Below are positions 17,262 to 25,775 of a stretch of DNA of 25,775 nucleotides, piece after piece. The stretch is taken from the sequence record SRR20825006_2332, one strand, 5' to 3'. The notes under the pieces are model-generated. The model did no database searches. It had not been told where the DNA came from and saw only the letters and a program-made list of their open reading frames with translations. The position numbers and the translations under genes are program-made. The number at the start of each line of letters is the position of its first letter. Position 1 is the stretch's first letter.

Positions 17262-19485
17262 GCGGTGTCGTCATCGGAACACCGCGGTAACACTCCACCG
17301 CGTGTTCGCGATACCAGTTCGCGGCTTTCAAAAGCTCTTCCCCGGCTGGACTTGCGATCGCTTCGAATTCCAACCGGCTGGCAAACGTGTGCAGGGTTTC
17401 ACTCGGCCGTCGCACCCAACCAAGCCGACGAATGCGCCGGTCCATCCGGCGACGTTCGGCAGCCAACTGGACACTGCGTTGGTCACCAGGCTTGGTTCGG
17501 TTTCGTCGCCACAACACCGTGACCAGGAAAATCAACAAAGGCACCTGCAACCAACGGAACAACGTGACCAGAGTATCGGTCGCTCGCATGGACGCCCACC
17601 AACTCAAGATGGGAGCAAACCAACTTCGTGTAACGTCCTCGGTTTGCTCATTGCTTCCGCCGCCACCGGCACCCGGCAGCGACACTTCCTGGTGCTGCAT
17701 GGAGAGATAAGAACGCCCCGGCGTCGACTCGACCGGCAACCATCGTGATGCGTCCTCGTCGTAGTACTCGACCCAAGCGTGCGCGTCTCGGTTACGAGCC
17801 AGATACGCCTCCCCCGCATCGTCCAGTTCGTCCATGACGTAGCCCGTCACGTAACGAGTTGGAACACCTACCGTCCGCAACATCAACGCGGTCGCGCTGG
17901 CAAACAACTCGCAGTGAGCCGGATGCCGACTTTGAATGAAGTGAGTCAACGGATCGACCTTCGGTGGAACGGTGATCGGATCAAGTGAGTACTCGTAGTT
18001 CAGTTTGAAGAACTGAGCGACCCGATCCGCACGTTCGGCGTTGGTCTTCACACCATCCATCAAACCTTCGGTCAACATTTTGAGTTGCGACTGAAACTCA
18101 GATTCCACACGCAACAAAGCTTCGCGATCCTCCTCACCCAACACTTCGGCCGGAGGATTTTCTTGAACTCCAGCCACCCAAGGCCAACGAACATCCACTC
18201 CGTACCCCAGCAATCCATGCGGCGTGATTCCGACGCCTTCACCCGCCAACTCAATCCACCGAGTCGCCGCGGGCAAGAACACTTTTTGTCCTTTGCTCGG
18301 TTCACCGTGAATCTCAACGGTCCCGACAAAGCGTCCGCCGGCAATGTCTGTTGACTCAACACCGTTCCAGTTCATCAACTCGATCGATGGATCGACTTCG
18401 TCTTCAACCGATCCAATTCGCATGGAATAACGTTGTCGAAAATGATCGTCCGTGTTTTGAAGCGACATCGTCGCAACCCCATCGGGACGCAGAAAGCGAG
18501 CTTCCGCAACACGCCGGACACCGCTGCCGGGAGGTGATTGAAAGATCCACTTGCGAGACGTTCGCCAACGTCCGTTGCTGTAGGAATCGTAAACATTCCC
18601 GCGAAGGTAACCAGGTTTAGTCTCGGCAAAACCTTTCAACGCGATTGCTGCTGGGTCGCTAAGAATCGACTCGCGAACGTTGCCCAAACGTGATCCGGTG
18701 ACATAGCGATCCGTTCCGCCCCAACCTCGACTCGAAGTCGCTTCCAAACGATCGTTTAGTTGGGCCATCACGCCCGCTTGAACATCCGGCAGGAACCATA
18801 TCGTGGCATGGGTGGTTGCGGACGCGGCGATTAACATCGCGAACAATGCCATGAACCGATACAGCGCCCCGCCAATTCGCTTGGGGGTTTCCTCATACGA
18901 ATGTGGTCCTGCGGCTGCTTGTTCCTTTGACAAACCACTGTTCATCGCCCGCGTCGCCAACACAAAGCCGATGCACACGGTCAACCCCAACGCGGATTGT
19001 GCCGTGACGGTTGTACTGAGTCCGCCCCCAGCGACCGACATCAACACCACGGTCATCCCTAACACCAACATCATGACGTGGCCACGACGTGGCCAATGCA
19101 TCCACAACACGCACATCAGCATGAAAGCCGCATGGCCAATCGAATCGACCGCAACCAACAACACGTTGGGCGTGCCTTGCAACGCGGGATAGAAACGCCA
19201 TGCAAAGACAATCAGAATCGAACCGATCATTGCTAAAAACAACACGCCACCGCGAGCCGCTCGCATTTTCCAACTGGCGTTCGACAAGATTGGTTCCGGC
19301 CAACGAAGGCGGACAAAGACCACAACAACCAAGCTGATTGTGGCGACCAAGATACATGCGGGCGAAGTCACAAACGTGCCGCCCAAGAACCAAGCCAAAC
19401 CAATGGTCAGCGCACCCAGCACAACGCGATCATCCGACAACCAATCACGCCACTCCATCGGTTCTTCGTGCATCAAAGATGTCAT
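17227..19485 (-). CDS. Membrane-anchored transglutaminase-like domain protein (TgpA/DUF3488-type)
   Basis: N-terminal multi-TM region, YLRG.VYD, HCELFASA (Cys), RYVTGY, DAHAWVEYY (His), WLPVESTP and a C-terminal TM plus RRPSET. Confidence 0.9.
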   Translation of the reverse strand: MTSLMHEEPMEWRDWLSDDRVVLGALTIGLAWFLGGTFVTSPACILVATISLVVVVFVRLRWPEPILSNASWKMRAARGGVLFLAMIGSILIVFAWRFYPALQGTPNVLLVAVDSIGHAAFMLMCVLWMHWPRRGHVMMLVLGMTVVLMSVAGGGLSTTVTAQSALGLTVCIGFVLATRAMNSGLSKEQAAAGPHSYEETPKRIGGALYRFMALFAMLIAASATTHATIWFLPDVQAGVMAQLNDRLEATSSRGWGGTDRYVTGSRLGNVRESILSDPAAIALKGFAETKPGYLRGNVYDSYSNGRWRTSRKWIFQSPPGSGVRRVAEARFLRPDGVATMSLQNTDDHFRQRYSMRIGSVEDEVDPSIELMNWNGVESTDIAGGRFVGTVEIHGEPSKGQKVFLPAATRWIELAGEGVGITPHGLLGYGVDVRWPWVAGVQENPPAEVLGEEDREALLRVESEFQSQLKMLTEGLMDGVKTNAERADRVAQFFKLNYEYSLDPITVPPKVDPLTHFIQSRHPAHCELFASATALMLRTVGVPTRYVTGYVMDELDDAGEAYLARNRDAHAWVEYYDEDASRWLPVESTPGRSYLSMQHQEVSLPGAGGGGSNEQTEDVTRSWFAPILSWWASMRATDTLVTLFRWLQVPLLIFLVTVLWRRNRTKPGDQRSVQLAAERRRMDRRIRRLGWVRRPSETLHTFASRLEFEAIASPAGEELLKAANWYREHAVECYRGVPMTTPLTRQDVSVVQT

Positions 19486-20813
19486 GCCAGCACCTTCGCC
19501 GGGTCGTTATCGATCGTCGAAACGGCCGTGCCACCAAAGCCGTCCCGTGAATCCTCGTTGATGTTCAACCACATCAAATCCGGCAAATGTGACAGATCGG
19601 CCGCCTCTCTTTCGCGACGCGAAAACACGACCCCGTGGAATGCGCCACCCGCCTGCGGCATCGCATGCAAGACGTCTTGTGCCATGCTAGCATCAACCGG
19701 CTCAGCCTCGGCCAACGCCATCAGCAATGGCGTCGGGTCGGAAGCTCCCTCGCACAACACCGAACGCAACTTCCCATTCCGCTCTTGGCTTTGAATCACC
19801 GAGGGTGCCTGCCATGGGACAACCAAACGCACTTGCACGTTCGCTCCGACCAGAGTCTCCAGTCCTGCTGAAGCGATCGACAACAAACGCTCCAGCGACG
19901 CGTCTTCGTCATCCGTGTATCGACGCCATCGTGAGATTGGCGCGACCGCAACATCCGATTCAACGGGCGTGGTGTCGATGAATACCGTGACGGTCTGCTT
20001 TGCCGCGGAATTGAACTCTCGCAAGATCGGTTTGCCCAGGCGAGCCCACGATGCGAAATCCCACCGACGCACGGGCATGCCAGCGCGATATTCGCGGCTG
20101 CCGACATAGTGCTGGTGGTCACCTTGCGACAATCCAACGGCCAATCCACGCAGGCTCGCGTGAATCATTTGCCAAGCCATTTCGCTGTCCCAATCCAGTC
20201 GTCGCGGCGTGATGACCATCGACTCGCCACTGTCGAGCCACTGGGTCGATCGGAACAAGTGAAAAGGAAACAACGACTCAACTCGGACCGGAGGCATTTC
20301 ATGCACACCTCGCCTGAGAAACGTCAACGATTGCTCAATCGTCGATGTTGCTCCCGGAGCAATGTCAGGAATCCACTGCATCGCAGACGCATCCAACGGC
20401 ATCTCGATATCGCGTCGACCATGCTTTCGGCGACTGTGATCCAGCCCCGCGCAGAGACTCATTGCCGGCAAGCGACCTTCGTGGATCAATGAGATACGAG
20501 CCACAAAGCTTTCACCGGCTCGCACCGCCAATGGCACGTCCAAAGTCACTTTCAAACGAGGCGACATGAGTCGGTTGACGATCCAACCCACCACAAACAT
20601 TGCAAAGCAACTGGCGAACATGCCCATCCAGGGATACCCCCAAACGATGTTCAGCGACACGATGCCCATCAACAACAACGTCACCGAGCCGCCAGTCATG
20701 CTTCGCCGCAACGCCAGCCACCACACGATGGGGTTGCACCATCGAAGAGCTTTTAAAGCCAAGCGACGTCGTGACCAATGCGTTTTTCGCGATGCGGAGG
20801 CGTCCCGTTTCAT
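19482..20813 (-). CDS. DUF58 domain protein
   Basis: Two N-terminal TM helices, RRG...FPFHL, and GSREYRAGMPVRRWDFASWARLGKPILREF. ATGA overlap with the transglutaminase gene. Confidence 0.9.
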   Translation of the reverse strand: MKRDASASRKTHWSRRRLALKALRWCNPIVWWLALRRSMTGGSVTLLLMGIVSLNIVWGYPWMGMFASCFAMFVVGWIVNRLMSPRLKVTLDVPLAVRAGESFVARISLIHEGRLPAMSLCAGLDHSRRKHGRRDIEMPLDASAMQWIPDIAPGATSTIEQSLTFLRRGVHEMPPVRVESLFPFHLFRSTQWLDSGESMVITPRRLDWDSEMAWQMIHASLRGLAVGLSQGDHQHYVGSREYRAGMPVRRWDFASWARLGKPILREFNSAAKQTVTVFIDTTPVESDVAVAPISRWRRYTDDEDASLERLLSIASAGLETLVGANVQVRLVVPWQAPSVIQSQERNGKLRSVLCEGASDPTPLLMALAEAEPVDASMAQDVLHAMPQAGGAFHGVVFSRREREAADLSHLPDLMWLNINEDSRDGFGGTAVSTIDNDPAKVLA

Positions 20814-20823
20814 TGGTCGTCTT

Positions 20824-21840
20824 TCAAACTGGAACCGGAACTTGATCCACGATGGACGCGACGATTTGGCGACTCTCGTTCGACGTCGCGGTTCCGTGGC
20901 GAGTGCTCACACGGTGAGCCAACACCGCCGTTCCCAATTGTTGAACATCATCGGGCAAAACAAAGTCTCGGCCCATCAACACGGCGCGAGCCTGCGATGC
21001 TCGCATCAACATTTTGCTGCCCCGCGGACTGCATCCAACCCGCAAACGAGAATCTTGTCGCGTGGCTGTGGCCAATGCGACCACGTAAGCGGCAACCTTT
21101 CGATCGGTTCGAATTTGACGCACCCAGGTTTGCAACAAAGTCAATTCTTCGGCCTGCATCACAGGTTGCAAAGCGGCAACCGGTTCCGCTTCGGATTGAT
21201 CCAGCAACAGATCGATCTCGCTTTCGGTGTCGGGATAATCCATCGACAAACGAAACAAGAACCGGTCCAGCTGTGACTCGGGCAACGGGAACGTGCCTTC
21301 GAATCCCGCCGGATTCTGAGTCGCGATCACCATGAACGGATGCTTCAGATCGTAACGTTCACCGTCAATCGTGACTTGCGATTCCGCCATCGCCTCCAGC
21401 AGTGCGCTTTGCGTTCGTGGTGAGGCTCGGTTGACTTCATCGGCAACCAACAGATTGCAGAACACCGGTCCCGGACGGAATTCAAACTCACCTTTGGACT
21501 GCAAGTAGATCGGCCCACCCAAAATGTCCGCGGGCAACAAATCGGGCGTGCACTGAATGCGTTGATATTCCAGATCAATCAAACGCGAAACAGATTTCGC
21601 GAGCGTTGTCTTACCAACACCGGGAACGTCTTCGAGCAACACGGACCCTTCGGCGAGCAAGGCGATCAAGACCGCTTCGATGACATCGTCCTTCCCGCGG
21701 ATCACTTGCCGTAGCCGAGTGGACACCTCTTGCAGATGACGCCACGGGAGCTGCAACTCGTCCGGCAACGTGGACTTGGGATTTTGGGCCACCGTCAACG
21801 CTTCCGCGGCGGGCGTCACATGTTGAGTAGGAGAATACAA
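20824..21840 (-). CDS. moxR: MoxR-family AAA+ ATPase
   Basis: LLEDVPGVGKT, RIQCTPDLLPAD, ADEVNRASPRTQSALLEAM, ATQNP, PLPESQLDRF and SPRG. Start codon uncertain (TTG). Confidence 0.95.
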   Translation of the reverse strand: MYSPTQHVTPAAEALTVAQNPKSTLPDELQLPWRHLQEVSTRLRQVIRGKDDVIEAVLIALLAEGSVLLEDVPGVGKTTLAKSVSRLIDLEYQRIQCTPDLLPADILGGPIYLQSKGEFEFRPGPVFCNLLVADEVNRASPRTQSALLEAMAESQVTIDGERYDLKHPFMVIATQNPAGFEGTFPLPESQLDRFLFRLSMDYPDTESEIDLLLDQSEAEPVAALQPVMQAEELTLLQTWVRQIRTDRKVAAYVVALATATRQDSRLRVGCSPRGSKMLMRASQARAVLMGRDFVLPDDVQQLGTAVLAHRVSTRHGTATSNESRQIVASIVDQVPVPV

Positions 21841-21894
21841 AACGAATCACGCAAGATGAGAGGACGAGTGAAATGCAAAAGAATTCGGAGTGGA

Positions 21895-22305
21895 TCAATT
21901 CGTTTGAGACGATGCGTCTTCGTCGGCGCTTGGCTGTTCCATTGCCGCCTTCGTTTTCACCAAGCAATGAAAACCATAGCAACGTTCTTCGTCTTCGCGT
22001 TCTTCCACCGACGTTTGCAGGATTTCTTGGACCTGATTCATGCGGTCAGCATCGAGTGCCATCGACAACACTCGCTGTTGACCATCGGGTCCCAAAACAG
22101 CCGTGGTCAGCACCGCGACGGTTCCAGGATGCTTCAACGCCTCAATGATATTCTCTCCGACCTGCTGTTCCGCGTTCTTGATTGTGGTCACAAATTGAGT
22201 CAATTGGGCGGAATCAGGTGGGTTCGCCACGCGAAATTTGGACATGTCCTCGGGTCCAGGCTGCTTCTCCGCGGCATCATCAGAAGGAAGAGACGACGAA
22301 TTCAT
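21895..22305 (-). CDS. Hypothetical protein (136 aa)
   Basis: Fills the gap between the HugZ-like gene and moxR on the same strand, with plausible soluble composition. ATG 22305 avoids overlap with the upstream gene. Confidence 0.7.
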   Translation of the reverse strand: MNSSSLPSDDAAEKQPGPEDMSKFRVANPPDSAQLTQFVTTIKNAEQQVGENIIEALKHPGTVAVLTTAVLGPDGQQRVLSMALDADRMNQVQEILQTSVEEREDEERCYGFHCLVKTKAAMEQPSADEDASSQTN

Positions 22306-22358
22306 GAACAATTGACCAAATACTGAGATGAGCAAAAGACAGGAACGAGGTGGGTCCG

Positions 22359-22835
22359 TCAAACCCGTAGACAAGAAGACGAGAGGGTTTCAATTCGCCC
22401 AAACCCTGCGATCACATGGCATTCTTCGATGTGCATCACGTGAAAGAAGAAATCCCCGAACCCCGCCACCATTCGCGAATTCGGGTGCTTCTGCAAGAAG
22501 GCGTCCCGAACATTCATATCATCTTCATGCGGCAAGCGAACAATTTGACCCATCAATGTGGCACGCGGAGCGGCCATTGGATCGGAATCAGGAGAAGTCT
22601 CTTCGCAAAGTAGGAGCGACACGGCGGGGCACTTCGCCAGGTTCTGAGTGTGTTTTGCCAGACCGCTTAGCAGCATCGCCATCGAAGTTTCACCGACTCG
22701 AGCCACCGTGACAAGCGACACATATGGTCGTGGCGATGCATCGGAATCCGCCATCTGTGTTGCCAGCGAACCGACGGTGCATTGATTCATCAGGCCCGAA
22801 ACGATGTCGGCGGTGGAGGGTTCAGACGTCGACAT
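22359..22835 (-). CDS. HugZ / pyridoxamine 5'-phosphate oxidase-like split-barrel protein
   Basis: GSLAT, PYVSLV, LSGLAKHTQNL, PRATLMG, FLQKHP, FGDF and IAGFG. Confidence 0.9.
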   Translation of the reverse strand: MSTSEPSTADIVSGLMNQCTVGSLATQMADSDASPRPYVSLVTVARVGETSMAMLLSGLAKHTQNLAKCPAVSLLLCEETSPDSDPMAAPRATLMGQIVRLPHEDDMNVRDAFLQKHPNSRMVAGFGDFFFHVMHIEECHVIAGFGRIETLSSSCLRV

Positions 22836-23286
22836 GCGGCTTCACCATCTTGCGATGCGGCAGAGAAATTTCAGTGAAGGTTTCTCCCACAGCGGTGTAG
22901 CCCGCCTTTTCATAGAAACCAATCGCAGTTTCTCGAGCGTTCAGTTGGAATTGCGAGTAGCCCTTTTTCTCCAATGCCGACTCGACCTCTCCAAGCAATT
23001 TCGCGCCGAGTCCCTCGCCTTGTTTTTCCGGATCAACCGCCATTTGACGCAATTTGACAGCACTGGATGTCAGAGGTTTTGCTGACAAAACGGCCACCAG
23101 GTTTTCAGATCCATTTCGCAATCCGAAGTGCAAATCCGCGTATTCGCCATCCAATTCCTCGGCCGTCAGACGGAGCCCCAAAGGTTCGCGCAGCACCCGA
23201 TGCCTCAGATCCAATGCCTCCTGGTACAGCGGCGTGCACCATTCGATTTCGAGGAATTCCAATCGTCTGCCTCCCGGTCTCGTCAA
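22822..23286 (-). CDS. GNAT family N-acetyltransferase
   Basis: LRHRVLREPLG, LRQMAVDPEKQGEGLG (acetyl-CoA motif A), NARETAIGFYEKAGY and PHRKM. 14-bp overlap with the downstream gene. Confidence 0.92.
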   Translation of the reverse strand: MTRPGGRRLEFLEIEWCTPLYQEALDLRHRVLREPLGLRLTAEELDGEYADLHFGLRNGSENLVAVLSAKPLTSSAVKLRQMAVDPEKQGEGLGAKLLGEVESALEKKGYSQFQLNARETAIGFYEKAGYTAVGETFTEISLPHRKMVKPHVDV

Positions 23287-23383
23287 ACGTCGAGTTGATC
23301 GCCTCTTGGCAATGACGGGGACGATTGTAGCCGAATCAGCAGGTTTTCACCCGTGTGCGTCTTTTTGACCGACCGGCGATCAG

Positions 23384-24292
23384 TCACTCGTACTCATCGA
23401 ATTCGTCTGGACCGCCACAAATGGGATCGAGAACCAAACCGCTCCAGTTCACCATTCGCACCGCGGTCGGCCACAAACTGAAAATGCAGGCAATGGCGAT
23501 CACGGTCCCCAATTCATCCAATGCCCATGGCAGTTCGACTCGCGCGACCAAGCAACCGGCGGCGGTGAAGCATGCGGCGGAAATCAGGATGCCGGCGCGA
23601 TATGCCCATGCGACTCGGCGGCTGACTCGGCATGCCGTGTAGATTTCTCGAGTTGGGTTGTCCCACTGAGCGATGAAACTGCGAAGCGCAACGCCGCGAG
23701 AATAGTGCCGAAGTCCATTGAGAAGCGAATCGAAACGACACTTCAAATAAATTTTGGGCAATCGAAAATGAATCACCGCCCCGACGATCATCATCACAAC
23801 GGCCAATATCAAGAACGACCAAGCCGGCACGAGTGGCGTGGGTGAGTCCCCGCGAGTGGCTCGCAACATGACCGAATGAGCCAAACTCGTTTGCAATGGA
23901 AATGCAGCCAAGACAATCAAACACCCGCGAAGCGCACGTCGCTCAGTCGCCAGGTCCGACAACCGCAATTTGCGACGAGTCAGCAGGGGAAACCAATGCT
24001 TGACCCGCACACCAAAGGCTCGCGACAAGATCGGAAACACATACGCGGTCGTTGCCATAAACAACAACAACGCCAATCCCCAATTCGTCCAAACGATTGT
24101 GTCACGACCGATCGATGACAAAACCAACATCAGTTGAGTGGTTTCGGTGGCGACACATGCCAATGACGTGGCCAATGCGATCGCCCCCACGGCAGCCAAT
24201 GAGATTGCCACCGAACGTGTCGATTGTTTGACAGCAGAAAGAGGTGCAGGTTTCCAGAGCAAAGGAACGCCAGTTGTGCAGCGCTCACGCAC
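23384..24292 (-). CDS. Hypothetical integral membrane protein (~6 TM)
   Basis: 302-aa ORF with three pairs of hydrophobic helices separated by Arg-rich loops, and an acidic C-terminus. No family recognised. Confidence 0.65.
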   Translation of the reverse strand: MRERCTTGVPLLWKPAPLSAVKQSTRSVAISLAAVGAIALATSLACVATETTQLMLVLSSIGRDTIVWTNWGLALLLFMATTAYVFPILSRAFGVRVKHWFPLLTRRKLRLSDLATERRALRGCLIVLAAFPLQTSLAHSVMLRATRGDSPTPLVPAWSFLILAVVMMIVGAVIHFRLPKIYLKCRFDSLLNGLRHYSRGVALRSFIAQWDNPTREIYTACRVSRRVAWAYRAGILISAACFTAAGCLVARVELPWALDELGTVIAIACIFSLWPTAVRMVNWSGLVLDPICGGPDEFDEYE

Positions 24293-24646
24293 CAGATCGC
24301 TCGTCCACGGCAGCGAAAACTGTCGACGAGCTGACTAACTGGGGTGGCAGGGTTGGGGATAAGTGAGATGCCAGCGGCCATGTCCACCGTGCAAATGCGA
24401 TGCACCGGTAGCCAGAGCGGCCAATAAAGCATGGGTCACATTAGTTCCCCAAGTCGTTAGAGGCAAACGTTTTACGAACGACCGGGGAGATCGAACACCC
24501 CCTGGAAGTGCGATCCTCACAACCGTCACATTCGAACGCTCTTCCCGCGTGACCAAACGTGTCACGGACCTTGCGAACAATCTTTTCAGTGAGACGTGAC
24601 CCACACGTCACTCCGGCCTCCCGCCCCACTGACGAAGGTTTTTCGA

Positions 24647-25012
24647 ATGACTCAGCTTTCTCTCTTCGACGCCATCGCACCGGTTTCCCCCGTGATCGCA
24701 TCGGTCTCCGCAACCGCGGCACCGGCAACTCACACCGCACCGGCAACTCAATCATCCGTGATGCCAATCGTCGCGGCATCGAAGTCCAATGGGTCGGACA
24801 ACACTTTGTTGGCTCTCGCCGAATTGATCCGCGAAGGCCGGGAGCAGCTCAAAGCTCAGCAGGCGTCGACCGAACGCCCCATCCAGCGAATCGGCGATCT
24901 TGCTCAAGCCGTTTTGCGTCGCCACGATTTGGTGGCCCGTCGCCGTGCCGCGTCGCAGCAGAAGGCCAGCGACTTTGACGCTGCCGACGACAACGTTCAG
25001 GTCGCTTCCTGA
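24647..25012 (+). CDS. Hypothetical 121-aa protein beginning MTQLSLFD
   Basis: ATG 24647 preceded by GAAGG. Ala/Pro/Ser/Thr-rich linker followed by two predicted amphipathic helices. Confidence 0.7.
   Translation: MTQLSLFDAIAPVSPVIASVSATAAPATHTAPATQSSVMPIVAASKSNGSDNTLLALAELIREGREQLKAQQASTERPIQRIGDLAQAVLRRHDLVARRRAASQQKASDFDAADDNVQVAS
24719..24750 (+). repeat. In-frame 18-bp-period duplication (GCACCGGCAACTCA x2)
   Basis: Identical 14-mers at 24719-24732 and 24737-24750, encoding APATHT-APATQ. Confidence 0.8.
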
Positions 25013-25356
25013 TCCAAGCCGATGGAAGCTTCGGCTGACTCGTTGCCCGCGACACTTTTCTTCTTCGTGGAAGACGTCTCTTTCGCAGTAGCTTCCGCTT
25101 TTTTGGCTTCGGATCCCTTTTTGGCCTCGGATTCCCGGGCGATTTGAGCCTTGTGGCGACTGCGGATTCTCCACGCGGTCATCAAACACCCGAGTACAAA
25201 GCTGACGCCGGAACTGCCCAGCAGCAGCAACGTCAGTGGGTATTCGCCACTGAAAAACAGAATGGTTAGCGGCACCGCGTCTTGGTTTTGAAACGCCACG
25301 ATGACGACGACCAAGACGGCCGCCAACGACAAAAACCAGCGGATTTTCTGGAGCAT
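24997..25356 (-). CDS. LapA/DUF1049 family membrane protein
   Basis: Two TM helices around AFQNQDAV-x-L-x-ILF...PLTLLLL, followed by a charged tail with SEAKK repeats. Confidence 0.85.
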   Translation of the reverse strand: MLQKIRWFLSLAAVLVVVIVAFQNQDAVPLTILFFSGEYPLTLLLLGSSGVSFVLGCLMTAWRIRSRHKAQIARESEAKKGSEAKKAEATAKETSSTKKKSVAGNESAEASIGLDQEAT

Positions 25357-25393
25357 GTGAAATCGGCGAGGGTGATTTCTCGCGAAAAAAGGG

Positions 25394-25416
25394 ATTTGCT
25401 AGCAAATGTTTGCTAG
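25394..25416. promoter_or_regulatory. Overlapping palindromes, candidate operator upstream of the LapA-family gene
   Basis: Perfect 14-bp palindrome ATTTGCTAGCAAAT (25394-25407) overlapping CTAGCAAA-TG-TTTGCTAG (25399-25416). Confidence 0.4.
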
Positions 25417-25637
25417 GATCAATGGACTGACCAAACGAGGCAGGCAGCAAGACGATGCCAAACAGCATTTCCACCAAAAGTATCTCCGTTCCACGCCGAT
25501 TGACCGCGTCCACCGGCGTGTTGGAACAGGCTCCCGAACAGCAAACCTTTGCTTTCTGGGAGGAATCAGTGGCTCCTTCCACTGTAACCTCAATCACCAA
25601 GCGTCGTCACGCAGCCCCCCCGCTCCCCTCCAAACCA

Positions 25638-25775
25638 GCCAAGCAAAGCAACAACCAAGCTCTCGTTCCTTCTGGACGGGCCAAGCAAAGCGTCTCCCTC
25701 TCCGCACTTCACACATCCTCTGGGAAAGCCGAGCAAAGCGTCTCTCCCTCCACACTTCACCCTCCCTCTGGGAGG
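25638..25775. repeat. Degenerate tandem REP-like repeat (42-48 bp units), truncated by window end
   Basis: GCC(A/G)AGCAAAGC at 25638, 25680 and 25728. Units 2 and 3 also share CACTTCAC...CCTCTGGGA. The last unit ends in the hairpin CCTCCC-TCT-GGGAGG (25761-25775). Confidence 0.8.

Noticed and set aside
24470..24590. LexA/SOS or CRP box among the CGAAC and GTGA...TCAC motifs
   Set aside because: None fits GAAC-N4-GTTC, GAAC-N7-GAAC or GTGA-N6-TCAC; the observed GTGA-TCAC spacings are 8 and 9.
24752..25600. 282-aa minus-strand ORF
   Set aside because: Overlaps the LapA-family gene in another frame and the QLSLF gene antisense. The composition is not protein-like.
25638..25775. CRISPR array interpretation of the terminal repeats
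   Set aside because: The conserved core is only ~12 bp, the intervening sequences resemble each other, and there are no cas genes in the window.

Overview
Gene-dense bacterial chromosomal segment. The DUF1559 gene, the gene content and the terminal REP-like repeat point to a Planctomycete (Rhodopirellula/Pirellulaceae-like); this is an inference. From left to right: (i) the 3' end of an acyltransferase translationally coupled to a GT2 glycosyltransferase, probably the tail of a carotenoid/lipid-modification locus; (ii) a compositionally distinct pair, a helical exported protein plus a DUF1559 protein with a degenerate prepilin motif; (iii) a heme A/cytochrome-oxidase maturation cluster: diheme cytochrome c lipoprotein, a 58-aa glycine-zipper ORF missing from the ORF track, ctaA, ctaB, ABC ATPase and permease, then SCO and DUF420 after a two-gene interruption by a Cys-His-Asp/DUF2786 fusion and an esterase; (iv) zinc peptidase, YjhG/YagF-type dehydratase and DUF971; (v) a minus-strand run of GNAT, HugZ-like, hypothetical, MoxR, DUF58 and transglutaminase genes; (vi) a membrane hypothetical, a small protein starting with a perfect QLSLF beta-clamp motif, a LapA-family gene and a degenerate REP-like tandem repeat at the window end. 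I saw no rRNA, tRNA, CRISPR array, transposase or integrase. Best candidates for novelty are the unannotated coupled small protein, the protease-like/DUF2786 fusion and the QLSLF protein. All family assignments are by eye from motifs, with no database searches.
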